From Gekko japonicus (lineage: Eukaryota): a DNA stretch of 64,000 nucleotides. The number at the start of each line of letters is the position of its first letter. The first letter of the stretch is position 1. A model generated the notes under the pieces. That model had not been told where the DNA came from. It made no database searches and saw only the letters and a program-made list of their open reading frames with translations. A program made the position numbers and the translations under genes. The stretch lies in the NCBI RefSeq assembly GCF_001447785.1, contig NW_015176003.1, positions 114,697-178,696 on the forward strand, given 5' to 3'. This document shows, one piece after another, positions 39,731-53,234 of the stretch.

Positions 39731-40520
39731 GGGGCCCGGCGGTGGACCTGCAAGGCCAGTGGGAGTGCGAGGAAGCCCCGCCAAGGCCCTCCCTAGCCCC
39801 AGGCAGGCAGGGGTGGGGAGAGGCGGGGAGGAAGCAACTTACCCTCCCTCTTCTCCTGCCTCCTCCTGACTGAATGAGGGCCGGAAGCAGGGGGCGGGGC
39901 TTTGTCGTGTGCCCCGCCCCCCGCACCTCACCCGGGGAATGGCGATCCCCCGCGATTCCCCACGAATCGACCTCTGGTTGCATCAAGGGGAAGGGATGAG
40001 GCTTGGCACTTCTCAATATATGTGCAGGTGCAGATGAAGATACACAAGTCTGCTAAAATTGCAGGCCATGTATGGAGCCCAGGTGCATCTGCCCAACAAG
40101 CTGAGCTCGCCCTTAAAATATGTTAGCATAGTTTAATAAATTATAATGTAGATCAGCCATTTAAACAAACTGGTTAAAGCCACATTGTTGTCTTGTGTCC
40201 ATATTTGGGGGGTACTTGGGCAAAGCACATTAATAGAACTGTCTTACTGCTAAAGCACTGCTATAAACATTTTCAAATGCACAATGTATTGAGTCAGTTC
40301 TAATTGTGCAATTTGGGGTTAATCCTACTTTGTTGCAATGGCCCAGGATGGATAACCCAAACTGAAGAAAAGCTAAGTGTTCAAAAATGTGCAATGCTTA
40401 GCAATGAAGTACAGAGAGAATTTTATTGAAAGAATTCAGTCGCTAGAAAATTGCAAAATAATGCAGGCTCTTCAACACCACAAAAATATTTTAAAATCCC
40501 CTTATCTTTCTGAGAATCAG

Positions 40521-41423
40521 GAACATTATCAGCACCTATATGGTGCTTGCAATGTTAGTCCTGGTAGTATGTGAAAGTATTATTGAAAAGGCTTACCTGG
40601 GATTGGGTTGCCTTTCTTGTTAGTATGAAGATGTGCACAGACTACTCAAACACATTCCAGCTGGCAGGGTCTCATTACAAACAGTGACAAACCAGGATAT
40701 TCCTCACTGTCTATAAATTCTACTGTGAATCTAACCTCGTGACACTGAAAGAAAATTTCGTTCTTTGAAACTTTTTCAAAGCAGCAGTTTACCCTTCCAT
40801 TTGCAAGGCCCTTGGATGAGCACTCAAACTTTGTTCTGTCCCCTTCTGATCTAATGCCAGAAATCTCATATGCATATAAACACATATTCAAATATACAAC
40901 TTTCACACTCTGCTAGACATGATTACTTTTATTGTTATTGCTTATCAATTGTTGACAGCATGCACAGCAAATACAGAGGATGTAACAGTGAAGAAATTCT
41001 TCAAAGTCACCATCATATAGAGAATGTTTGTGTTTGAAAGCATTGGAATTTTTTCTCTGGTGGTTCCTTCCATATTTTTGATGATTTGGGGTGTGTGTGT
41101 GTGAAAAATTTTCTTTTCCACTCAAATATCAAAGAAGACAGCCAGATGGTCCCAGTCATTGTCAGTCTCAGTGTGAATTCCTTCAAATCTAGAGTTTATT
41201 CCTCTTCACAATTATATCTAAGGCAGCCAGATACAAAGGAAGATGGCATTCTTGTACAATCACAGTCAGTACATGCAAGGACCCAGAGTAGGGCAAACTA
41301 CCCCTTATTGTTCTGGCTCTGGAAAGCAGTTCAGGAAAGCTGAAACCCCTCCTCCTGCAGCACCATGCTCACAAGCAGAAACTGACCCTGCAGCACTTGA
41401 GAATGACAGATGTTACATATTAT
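40521..41423 (+). pseudogene. iGluR pseudogene exon 4 (large ATD exon to the start of S1)
   Basis: 'YMVLAM', 'VLLKRLTWDWVAFLVS', 'VSLQTVTNQDIPH' (GluD VSLQKVDKNISH), 'LDEHSNFVLSPSDLMPEISYAYKH' (kainate [24 protein letters not shown]), 'FHSNIKED' (GluD FHRKLED); donor gtgagt at 41424. Confidence 0.78.
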
Positions 41424-41898
41424 GTGAGTTGGGTTGGGGGACACGACCTCACATGGATCATGCATAATGTTTAATTAAGCCCTAACTGTGTAGAGAAGGG
41501 AACTTCAGCATGTAAAGCTTTTCTTACTTTTATGTGAAGCTGCCTTACCTAAAATCCAACTTTTGTACAACTACCAGAATGTGCACTTTCACTTGTGGGA
41601 CCAGCTCCAGGGGAGAGGCAGGGGGCAGTGAGGCAGATCCCCCCCAAAAGTAAACGAGACAACCAAATCTATATTTAGTTTAAAAACTGGCCACAACTTC
41701 ACTGGTTACAGCTGACAAAGCCTTGGTGCAGCATGGGGCTGTAATGATTTCAAGTTATAACAATGTGTTTCTTTAAATGGTTAATAAGTTTCAGAAGATC
41801 AAAGGTGGTGAAAGTGAGAGATGGGAATATATGTGGGTTGCAAGGCCTAATTCAGTCATTATAGGATTAATCTGTTTACCTTGTGTGCTATTGTTTAG

Positions 41899-44800
41899 AC
41901 TGACCTGGAAGGGAAACCTGGCTCAGAGCCAATGGGAAGAAAGCCCGGGAAATCTAAGTCTGTTTACTCACAATCATTGGTTAATGTATTCAGGTGATTT
42001 CCTTCTAGGGGTCAAGAAGAAGATGAATCTCTATTCTTTTTAGCTTTCCAATTTTTGGCTATAACTATGTTAGCTGCAGTAACGAGTATAATTATTAGTT
42101 CTTTTCTTTTTGTAGGAGAACTATCCGGAGGCCATAGATTTCACAAAATCAAAGGTGGATCTAGAGGTAAGGTATATCCTGTAATGCTTCAATTTGCTTA
42201 ATGACCTGTTTCCAAAAATCCAAAATAACCTTGCAATTCCACCAGTTGTGATAGTAGGTTGCTTTTTCTCCACATAGCTTCCAACATAGTGGCAAAGACT
42301 GTGGCATGATATGAGAGAGTTTATCAGGAGTTAGATACCAGTGGAGTATAACTTTCATAACAGCTTCTTGAATGACTAAAGATTTAGAAATTGTAGAATT
42401 AATTTTCCATATGTTGGCCCATTGGTCATCTGTAAATTGTTGATGTAGGTCTTTATGCCACGCATTTTGATAGTTTAGGAGATTATGATTTGTTTGTTCC
42501 ATCAGTATTTGATATAGTTTAGAGATAAGGCCTTGTTTTTTACTTTTTCTGGTTAAAATACCTTCAAAGTCCTTGAGAGGTGTTTTAAGAGTATTTTTGA
42601 TGTCTGAGGTTTCAGCAAATGTTGCACTTGTAGGTATTCATACCATCTTACTTTCATTTTGTATTTCTTTTCTAACTCTATCTTGGAGAGCAGTTTGCCT
42701 TTATGAATCACGTCTATTATCCTTGTTATGCCCACAGTTTTCCAGGTAAGAAATGAGTCCTGCTCCTTTGCAGGCAAGAACCATGATTGACCTGTAAAGG
42801 TGCTTAACTGAGATCATGGAGTAGTTAAATAGTCTCTATTTTGATACCATATTTTAAGTGATGCCCGTAAGAAGAAGTTATTTACTGCTGTGAACATTTC
42901 ATGAATATGATCTTTCCATAACAGTTCCTGGACATTGTAGCATTGAGAGGTTGATTCCTCAATCCATTTCCAGTCTAAAGTTTCATCACAGTGTTACCAG
43001 AGTGGCTAGTGCTGTTGCTTCAAAGTACAGCTGTAAGTCAGGGGTTGCTAAGCCGCCCTTGCGTAGTGGTTTATGTAGTGTCGCAAAGCTTATTCGAGGA
43101 GCCTTATAAAGCCAGAGGAACTTATTAATGTCACTTTGCCATTTTTTTAAATTGTTGATCTGGAATAAACACTGGGATTGCACTAAACAATACATATACT
43201 TTGGAAGAACAAACAATCTGAGAATATGGATTCAGTCAAGACAAGAAAATAAATTGGTGTTCCATCTCTTCAGCAATGCCTGGACTTCTTTGTGTACTTC
43301 CATATGATTTACTTTAATGAGATTTGTTAGATCAAAAGGTATTTTAACTCCAAGATATTGAAGGTACGTCTTAGTCCACTGAAATGTATATTGTTTTTGA
43401 ATTTCTTGTATAGAGTCAGCCGTTAATCTTATCGAGAACAGCACTGATTTGGTATGGTTTACCCTCAGCCCCGCAATGGTTCCAAAGGCCTCCAAAGTCA
43501 AATGGATTGCAGGTAAGGATGCTTCTGGGTTTGATATATAGATGATAATATTAACCACAAAGAGACTGACCTTAAACTTTTTCTCTTTAATGTTAATGCC
43601 TTCAATGTTTGGGTTAGATCGTAGTGCACAGGCCAGGGGTTCCATAGCACGTACAAATGTCTGGTGCCCTGATGCAAAAGTATGTCATTTGATGTTAATC
43701 CATTAATCAATAATTTTGTTCTTGAGCTAGAATAAATTGCATGGACTGCTCTTCAAAAGGCTTGATCAAATTGCATACATTGCAAAAGAAGTTCCAAATA
43801 TTTTATTTCTAGTGTATCAAAAGCCTTTTTGATATCAATTGCTAGGAGCAAAGAATTAATTTATATAGACTTTTTGCCATGATGTATACTATTGAGGGTT
43901 TTACGAATATTGTCAGTAATGTCTTGTGATGAAGCCCATTTGGTCACTGTGGACATAATTTCCAATAATTGCTTTCATTCTAGTTGCTAATATTGATGTG
44001 AAAATTTTATAGTCTGTGTTCAATAATGATATTAGGTGAAAAGATTTAGTATCAATTGTATCTTTGTCTTTTTTGGGATTAAGATTACATTGGCAGAATT
44101 CCATGTGTCTGGCATCTCTCCTTTATCTAGCACTGCATTGCATGTTTTAACCAGTGGCTTAATCAAGATAGATGAATATGCTTTATAGTACTCTGCTGTA
44201 AAACTGTCTGGTCCCGGTGCTTTGTTGCTTTTTAGTTTTTTGATAGCCAGTTTTACTTCTGTCATCTTGGTGCTTTGGGGGGGCAACAGTGGGAGGGCTT
44301 CTAATGTCCTGGCCCCACTGGTGGACCTCCTGATGGCACTGGTATTTCTGGCCACTGTGGGATACAGAGTGTTGGACTGGATGGGCCTTTGGCCTGATCC
44401 AACATTGGCATCTCTTATGTTCTTATGTTCTTCTTGATAGTTAATTGGTGCTTCCAATTGATTTTGATGATCCTCTGTGATGCTTTGTAGATGTGTGTTG
44501 GAGTCCAAATATCTCTGAATCTCTGGTTCCATAGGATTTTTTTATGTGTATAATGATGTGTAGAATGTTTCCATCACTTAAAGAATATCTTTTGTTGCAG
44601 ATTTTAAATTGCCTTGGGAGTCTCTAATACGTCCAATAAAACATTCTGTTTGGCGTTTTTTGAGTTTCCATGAGAGGTAACACATTTTGGGGGGCCCTTC
44701 CTCATGCTGGATTGTCGAAGATCAAAAATACTTTTCCAAAAGTCCCTTACATCAATCAGTTCAAGCTGTTTATGTGCATTTTGTAACTGCTTATAGATTT

Positions 44801-45446
44801 TGTTGTTACAAGATTTTTTGTGTAGCAGTTCGAGGTCTTGTATTGTTGTTAGTAATTCATTTCATATTCTGTTTTTATCCTTTCTGCAGGATGTCATTAA
44901 AGAAATACATTTTCCTCTTGTGACCTCTTTGGATGCATCCCATACTGTTTTAATGGGTACTCCGCAGTGCCAATTGTTTTGAAAATATTCCTGAAGCTCT
45001 TTTTTGATTTCTGTGTTTAATTTACTTTTATACAATAAAAGTTTGTTAAATTTCCAACTTGGCTTAGTTTCACTTGTATTTTCATCATGCAATACACATT
45101 CAACAGGTGTATGATCCGAACAACGTTGAGTGCTAATTGTGGATAATTCGGTCCTGTTTAGTAACTCTTTTGAGACTATTAAGTAATCCAGCCTTGTGTA
45201 TGTGTTGTATTTGGGGAAATAATAGGTATAACCCCTTTCCTTTTCATGTTGAGCCCTCCAGAGATCACATAGGTCATAATTAATACTTGTAGTTGGCTAG
45301 ATTGTCTTTTTAACAGCTTCTTTTTATATCTCAAAGTGCTTTGGGTAGATCTGTTAATTGTTTGTCTTCTCCTAGATTATGGGGCCTTTCTGGAATCTTT
45401 GTAATTTGGCCAAGGTTTATAATTTATTTTTCATGTAACTATACAG
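41899..45446 (+). pseudogene. iGluR pseudogene exon 5 (S1), split by an L1 (parts about 41899-42036 and 45350-45446)
   Basis: 'MYSGDFLLGVKKKMNLY' before the L1; 'DYGA' and a frameshifted 'IW/QGL' after it; donor cag|gtacat. The acceptor position is uncertain. Confidence 0.65.
42037..45345 (-). mobile_element. Decayed L1 ORF2 inserted in iGluR exon 5, with a nested CR1-type fragment at 44260-44432
   Basis: ORF pieces 'SWKFNKLLL', 'KAPGPDSF', 'ISLLNTDYKI', 'CWKLCG..YYHNWWNC'. Confidence 0.88.
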
Positions 45447-45540
45447 GTACATTGGTGTGATAAGAATGTAACTTCCTTTTACAAAGCAAACAAACCCCAC
45501 TCATATATAGCAAAGATCACTGCTAATTTGCCCTTCTAAG

Positions 45541-47953
45541 AAAATTGGACTTTTAGCAATACTAACTTGATCTGTATTTTCATGCTTGTTGTAGGGTAGC
45601 TTCCGGTGATGTCAGTGGGTGTGGCATATGCAAATATGTTATGCTAATGAGTTAAGCTAATGAGCTCCTGCACCTCTTTTTCTATGCAATGACCCCTGGG
45701 GGGTTGGTCTGAGGCAGTGGTGATGTAGTGGACATTTCTTCAGGTTCATGAGGGAAGCACACTTCAAAATGGCTCCTAGAAAGGTCCTTTACTATCTCCC
45801 CATACACATTCATAAGCTGAATTGCCATGCTGGCTGTTATGAGAAATGTCTATTCAGGAGTCTTGATTGCTGATTTCTGTAACTGCTGATTTCTGTAACT
45901 GTCGTCAACTGTCTACAGTCTCTTTTAACTGTGTTTTTACCTCAGAACATTGAGATCCACAGCTGAGCAATCAGAGGGAGGTGGGTGTAAGCAGGCAGGT
46001 TTTACCTCAGAACTCTGAGCTTCACAGTTGACCAATCAGAAGGGGGGGAGGCAGCAGCTTGCCAGGCACATGGAAAACAATTGGGGAAACACATTTTGCC
46101 CCCCTTTTACCCCCTTAGGGGTCGTGTTTCTCAGAAATCTCTTTGTAGTGGGGACTGACATCATGGTAGGAATGCACTCCTCTTATTTTGGGTTTCTTTG
46201 TGCAGGGGTTTGGCCTGGACATTGGATGGTGGGTTTTTTTGCAGGGTATATTTTTTTCTCTTTTCTTTTTTTACAAAAATGCTTCTCATTTATGTTACAT
46301 TTAAGAAGTGGGACCTAACTACGTATTCAAAACAACATCCAATCAATCAGATATTCAGCGGGTTCATATGAACCAATTTTCTAGAACCCACATTGTAAGA
46401 CGTTAAATAACCTAATATGGGTAACTACTTTTCTACAAATATGGGGTACACTCTACAATGAGTGTAGGAGGCATGCTTGCCTTGGTTTTAGTGTCTGGTA
46501 TGGGGGGGGGTCTGCCCAGGTGAAGTATCCCTGTGAGTTTGGTGTCTGGCTTGTTTTTGAGCCATTCCATAGACTCCTGTAACTGCACCTATCTATCTTT
46601 TCCAGAGAGAGCACTGGGGATACCTTTTTGGGTGTCTGTAACTGGGACCCCAGAAATGGAATCCACCCCCAACTTGGAGGGATTGTAGAGGAGCGGGTGG
46701 AAGAGTGAAGCCCCCTGTGCATTTAGTGTGTGTAGGTTGCAGTGGGTCCATTCTGTACATTTTCCCCAAAAGCCTTTTCCTGGATTGACCTTAGTCCTGT
46801 TGGATTTACAGTGCCAAAGTGGCACTGGTTCTGTTGGGCACATTGCACTGGTTCTACTGGACTTGCAAAAAAGCCCTCTACCTTCAGTTTCTACTAAGAG
46901 ATTCTCTGTTTTGACCTTAGTTTATTGTCACAGCCAGATCACCCTCACATCCAGACCTTAGTTTACTGGAAACAGTGGTGTTTGTGGGTCACCTTCTTGG
47001 GGGGGGTAATAACTTGGATCCCGTAAACCCAATTCTCACTAAACTTGGAGAGCAGGTAGAGGAGAGTCAGCGATGCACTGTGAATTTGGTATCTCTACCA
47101 TGCCAGGGGGGCATTCTACTGCATCATAAATTTCACAGGCCAAATCAGTTCATCTAGCACCAAAAAGTTCATGACAGTCCATGGTTTGCAAACCTTGCAC
47201 ACCATGAACCACAAACCAAACAGCAGCATTTTTCCAGTTCATGCCCATCCCTAGTTGGGATGGTCAGTGAACACCCCGAGACATCAGGCATGATGGAGGG
47301 CATATCCTGAACAGACTATCACTGGCTTTGTGGTGGGATGAGGGTTGGGAAGGATTGCCCTTCATGCTGAGCAACATCTTTCTGAAACTGGTAGTGGCTT
47401 TATGTTGCATGAGGAAGGGGGATGGGACTTGACACCTCTTGGCACATTATATGTCTGTGAGGAGAAACAAAGCTGTCAGAAGTTGCTGGCCGAGTTTGGA
47501 GCTAGGGTTTGTTTGCCAAACAAAAAGTGGCCATAAGGCAGCCTAGCTCAACCCACCCCATTAAATATTAGCATATCTAATAGTGATGATGTATAGCAGC
47601 TAATTTAAATAAACCAGTTAAACATGTGCTATGTCTTGTGTGTATATTTGGGGTGCTGGGAAAATTTACTTCCCCATGACTTCTTTGACCCTCCCCCCTA
47701 CAAAAATGGTTTTGACGCAAAAAACAACAACAAAACCCTGCATGAACATTCTTGGTTTCTTCTGATTGGGACTGTCTGATTGGCTGTATCTATTTGATTT
47801 TGATTTATTTATCCAGATATTACTAGAAAGTCATATTTAGACATTTCCACACTGTTACAGGGACATATAAATCAGTCCTCTAAAAGCCATACCTGAGAGA
47901 AAAACTAACAATTGCAGGTGTCTTTTTTTAATGTATCTGAACACTGAAGATAG
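45541..47953 (+). pseudogene. iGluR pseudogene exon 6 (S1 end, M1, M2), split by a 2-kb insertion (parts 45541-45593 and 47662-47953)
   Basis: Branch point and acceptor tgctaat...ttctaag; 'KFTSP', 'MVLTQKTTTKPCMNILGFF*LGLSDWLYLF', 'EKLTIAGVFF*CI*TLKIG'; phase-1 donor at the position equivalent to the intron after the Q/R site. Confidence 0.75.
45594..47660. mobile_element. Composite of non-autonomous DNA-transposon pieces inserted in iGluR exon 6
   Basis: Contains a copy of the 39603 element, a hAT end 'gttcatgcccatcccta' at about 47253, and 47560-47660 similar to 40113-40220. Confidence 0.55.
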
Positions 47954-50344
47954 GTTTGATTAGGATATAGTCTCAGTGCTAATGAGGATATTCTCCAGTA
48001 TGGAGTAGTTTAGGAATATTTTAGACTGTGTGAGCATAAAAGTAATTCAGGGCTGCTCCTTTTTCTGGTATCCTCCTGGGAATCTCTGATAATGTCTGGA
48101 ATTTAAGGCAGTCTTCATTGTATAGATTATGTTGTTTTTACTCAATTGTTCTCTAATTTTGTAATCCATTTTATTACATTGTTGATTGTATGTTATATTT
48201 TTCACTCCATTATTTCATGATTTTGTAATTCCAGTTTCAAGATCTGCATTTTACTGTGCTTTTAGTGAAATTTTGACTAATTTTGTGAGTTGTGTTATTC
48301 TGTTCTTACTGCTTACTCACTGTTTTAGATGTAATCCACCCGGCATCTCCGTGAGCAAGGTAGAGTATAAATACATCAAATAAATAAATAAAGTATATTG
48401 CTAAGCAAACGTATTCCAGATATTCCAGCCTTTGACGGAAAATGTGCCAGCTGCCTTTATGAAGTTGCATTGCACTCTGAAGTTAGTACAAAGCAGATGT
48501 GTATGTGAAAAGGTCCACCCATAGTTACTCCATTAATTATTGCTGAAGGCAAAAGTAAATTTTAAATGGATTCACTCTTGTGCAAATTTAATACAAGACC
48601 TAGCACAGTCATTTCTAATTTTTAAAAACAATAGCTTTCCCCCCCTCTGTGTGAAGCCTTTTAGGAACTATTTAAAATGCCATGGGATCTAGTTCACTTT
48701 GTAGCTACCCCTTTCACATATACCAGTTATATAACAGATTGATGCAAACTTACACCTTCTAAATTATAAAATACAGTTACTGTGTAAAGTGAAAGCCTGT
48801 GGTGAAAGACTTGCTGACTTAATTTGGTCCACCTTACTGACATACAGTAATGAATGGGCTGTCTATGTCTGCCACTGATCTCGTGTGCCACCATCTTAAA
48901 ATTCCATTTAGCTCTTTAGAGCTTCTTCTAGTTATTTGTTAGTAAAGAGGCCTATTGCCTCCAACTTGGCTTGTTAGGGATGGTATGAAAATAAAGAACT
49001 TTTTATGTTCCCTATACTATGAACTCTGGTTGTTCAGAGAGTTCAAGAAATAATACTCCAACTGCAACCTCCTTTTACTTCTTGAAAAAGTGAGCCTATT
49101 GAGGGAAGATGCCACAAAGGCTGGGGGGGGGGGTGTTTGTTGCTGAATGATTGCATGGCCAGGCCACATCTAGGTAACTTTAGTGCTATCAAAATCTTAT
49201 CCTTGTGTTTCTCTAGTCCCATGCCCACTTTCTTGGTTATGGTAGAGGTTCTGGAAATGCTACATTCAACAAAACATTAGCCCTTGAAAAACCCCAGATG
49301 TCAAATCTGGCCCCATATCCACTTAGATAACAGTTTTACATGAACTAATGTCAGACTTAAAAAAAATCTTTCTTAAAAATAAAAGCGGGGGGGGGGAGAA
49401 ACAAGGTCCCCCAAAAATCCAGCAAATAAACAGAGTTAGAAAAAAGAAAAAAAGGGGGGCGGGGGAGATATACATAAAGTGGAGACAAAAATATAACAAC
49501 AGTAGTGGCAGTTTCTATAAAAAAATTCCAAATATCTAAACATAAGTCTATACACAATTGTCATCTATATGCTATGTGTTCAACTATTGATACAGTTCTA
49601 AGGTCCTCAATCCATTGATTTTCCAGAGGTGGCCTTTTAATTTTCCAGCATTGTAAAAGAGTTGATTTATCTATAGTGAGACTTATGTCAGATGTGACTT
49701 TATTTCTTTAGATTTTTAATGTGCTCTCCCGGCCAAGGCCAGCTCAGGGGAGCTTACACAACCGATAAAATTCCAGTGATGTATATACATACAAAAATAA
49801 TTAATATAAATATAATGTTAAAATACAATGTTAAAACCAAACATTAACATCAGCTCCATTGGTCTGCTTCAGATGACTTGAGGGGCTGGCTCGGCAGTAA
49901 TTAAAGGGTCCCGTGGATCAGGACTCTTCCACTATAGATTGTCAATTGTTGTTACCAATAGCAGTGGTGGTCGTGATGGTAGTAATAGTGGAGGTGGCAG
50001 CTCCAAAAGCCTGGCAGAAGAGCTCCATTTTACAGGCCCTGCGGACTTGTAAAAGGTCCCGCAGGGCCCTGATCTCTGGGAGCTCATTCCACCAGAGTGG
50101 AGCTGCCACCGAAAAGTCCCTGGTTCTAGTTTTCAGCAGTCTGGCCTCCTTAATACTCAGAAAAGCCAGCCGATTCTGGGACCTTAATCGCAGCGTTCTC
50201 TGGGGTACATATGGGGAAAGGCAGTCCCTCAGGTATGTAGGTCCCTGGCCATATCCAGTATGCCATCGGCAGCCAGTGCAGTCCCTCTAGCACAGGCTGG
50301 ATGTGCTCCTGAGTAGGGAGTCCTATCAACAGCCTGGCCGCGGC

Positions 50345-52698
50345 GCTGGTTGCAGTGCGGCACCATTGACGTGGCAGAGAGTTGCTCTCCTGCCATGCCG
50401 GCTTTATCACTTTTGATTAGGGGTCTCTATGCAAGTGAGACACCACCATTGTTCCCTCTAAGCTGAGTTAGTGTGAGCTAGCTCACAGTTTTTAGCCTCT
50501 GGCTCACACATGTTTTGTCTTAGCTCAGGAAGGATGGCTCCAGAGCAAGATAATTTATGCCGTAGCCATATCACTCACTCACAACTTTAATGTCAGTAGC
50601 TCACAAAGTAGAATTTTTGCTCACAAGAGTCCACAGCTTAGAGGGAACATTGGACACCACCAACCTTCAGGGAGAGGGTTGGGAGCAAGGGGCTTCAAGT
50701 TGACACCACCGTTTAGTGGCAACAATGGGAGCTAGCCAAGCTTTGCCTGAAGCACCGAACAAATAAAGAGACTCATATTGTGAGCTGAAGCTGTCGCTAC
50801 TGGATGAAGGGGGGGAGTCAGAAACACAGTCTAAGAAAAGCTTGAAAAGACTGTGAGTAGTTAACATTCTTCAAAAGACAGCTTTATTACCCTCATAAAC
50901 ATCAGCTTGCCAAGTCTTAAAATTTTAAAGAGACTTAAATCTAGCATGGGAGGTCCCCCTCCCCAGCTTTGGCGGCTAAGTCCAAGGAGTCTTGCACTCT
51001 GAATTTAAAGAGACACAAGGCTATGAAAAGCACATTCAACTGAGAGTACTTACTAAAGAAACAGCGGAGAATCTAAAGACTTTGCTATTGTGAGGACTTT
51101 ATTAAAGCTATTTGACCAATTGGAAAAATCTTCTATTGGAACAATCAAAGGAAGTATTTGTATCTCAAGTAATTTTTTTCTGATCAAAATGGACCTAAAG
51201 GGACTTTGAAAAACATGGCTAAGGATTGCTTCTAGGCACTTTGGATCTGTGGTCAGCTGCATAAAATTTGGAAGAAACACAAACCTTGAAAGGAACTTTG
51301 AAAAACATGGCCAAGGATTGCTTCTAGGCACTTTGGAACTGCAGTCAGCTGCATAAGATTAGGAGGAAACACAAACCTTGAGGCTATGGATTCTGTGGGG
51401 TTAAGAAATGGATTCACAAACTGAGTGTAAAGTTCCAGATAATGTTGAAAATGTTGAAGATATAGAAGAGATACACATTTCTTGGAAACAATTTGAAGAG
51501 ACGTTAGTTGATACAATTTATTGGGAAGTCCATCGGGCAGTGAGAGAGTCATTTGAGCAAAACTGTGAAAAGGACCAGAGAAGCTTGTGTGAACCTGCAA
51601 ATAAGAGAGAAGATGCACAGCTGCAACAAACACAAATTCAAGAACAGGAGCTCAAACAAGATGATTTACCATATGGAAGGAACTTCTTAGCTAAAAAGAC
51701 TGCAAGAAATTATATGGAGGGAAACAATGGAGCTATCAAAAGCTGCATAAAACCCAAAATACTTGAAAGGGTAAAAAACAGATTTCAGACAAAAAATAAA
51801 GAAAATTTTTCAGAGTCTTCAAACAACCTGAAGATTGTATACGAATGGGAAGAGATAAAAGAAAACCTCTCTATATACAAAGAGAGGAGATGTAAATATA
51901 TGATTCTATTTTAAAAAATAAGGCAGAAAAAGACAAGAAGAATTAAGGGCTACAGTTTTATTCCGATAGTGACTTTTGGGTTTATGAGTAACTGATTAAC
52001 TGATTAAGATGAGCTTTGGGAATACTTAATTAAATAAAGTAATAGTAACTTTAAATGTAACCATTATATATGGTTTGGGAAGAGAATATGAAGAAAGCTT
52101 TAGGAAACTATATCTCTCCTTTTCTTTTCCTTCCCTTTAAATGTTAGTAAGAAAATTGGTATATTTGTAAGACATTAAGAATGAATATCGTTGATGATAA
52201 AGGAATAAGTTTGAGAATGGTTTACAAATCTGCAAGTTTGAAAGCATAGTAAGTCTTTATTTTATTTTTTCTGTTAAGATAAACCTCAAGAATATGTAGG
52301 ATCAAAGTTGAAGGTCAGAAAAATATCTACATGAAAAGATAGTTTGATTTAAAAACAATTAGTATGATTCTGTAAAGTAGAAATAAAAATAGATACTTAA
52401 ATGAATGTTATAAAGGAAATCTATAATATTGGTGTAATGACAACAATGTTGTTTTCTTATGAAGTGAAGGAATAGTTAAAATTTGAGGAAATATAATTAC
52501 ATTTCTATTTTTGAAAAAAGAAACGTAAAAAGTTTGAAACGGTTCAATACTTTAAAAAAATGTGTAAATAAGGCACAAGGTTTAGTTTTTATTTTTTACA
52601 ATGGGGCAAGTCGCCCCCCGCATTTATATGTTTGTCTGTTTTTTGTTGTTGTTCTCTCTGTTATGGTTTAAAAATAAAGACATATATTTTAAAAAAAA
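50345..52698 (+). mobile_element. 2.35-kb non-autonomous retroposon (HAL1-like)
   Basis: 18-bp TSD caacagcctggc(c/t)gcggc at 50327-50344 and 52699-52716; aataaa and A tail; charged 168-aa ORF 51408-51914; no RT motifs seen. Confidence 0.7.
50447..50652. mobile_element. hAT MITE
   Basis: TIRs cattgttccctctaag / cttagagggaacattg; perfect 8-bp TSD gacaccac. Confidence 0.9.
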
Positions 52699-53234
52699 CA
52701 ACAGCCTGGCTGCGGCTTTCTGCACCAGCTGCAGCTTATGGAATTGTGACAAGGGCAGTCCCATATGGAGGGTGTTATAGTAATCCAGTCTTGAAGTGAC
52801 CATCACATGGATCACTGTTGCCAAGTTGCTACATTCGAGGAAGGGAACCAACTGCCTAATCAGCCGAAGGTGGTAAAAGGCTGACTTGGCAGTGGCTGCT
52901 AACTGTGCCTCCATTGTTAAAGAGGCATCCAGGATCACTCCCAGACTCCTAACCTCCAGTGCTGGCACCAAGGGAGCCCCATCAAAGGTCGGCAGTGGGA
53001 TCCCTATCCTCAGGCCGTGGCGGCTCAGGCATAGGACCTCTGACTTCATCGGATTCAATTCCAGCCGGCTCAGTCTATGCCAACCAGCCACGGCTTGTAA
53101 CGCCCGGTTTAGATCTTCTGGTTTGGAGTCAGACTGGCCGTCCAACAACAGATAGAGCTGGGTGTCATCCGCATAATGGTGACAACCCAGTCCGTGCCTC
53201 CAGGCAATCTGGGCAAGAGGGCGCATATAGATGT

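Noticed and set aside
40480-40625. V2R, T1R or other class C GPCR pseudogene reading of 'LLKRLTWDWVAFLVS'
   Set aside because: The fold is shared, but downstream exons give S1-M1-M2-M3-S2 iGluR motifs, and no cysteine-rich or 7TM domain was seen.
40646-41125. Nearly open minus-strand frame (ORFs 40646-40906 and 40913-41125), with an IL-1-like look in 'EFIDSEEYPG'
   Set aside because: It is the antisense shadow of iGluR exon 4; the + strand carries the family motifs and splice sites.
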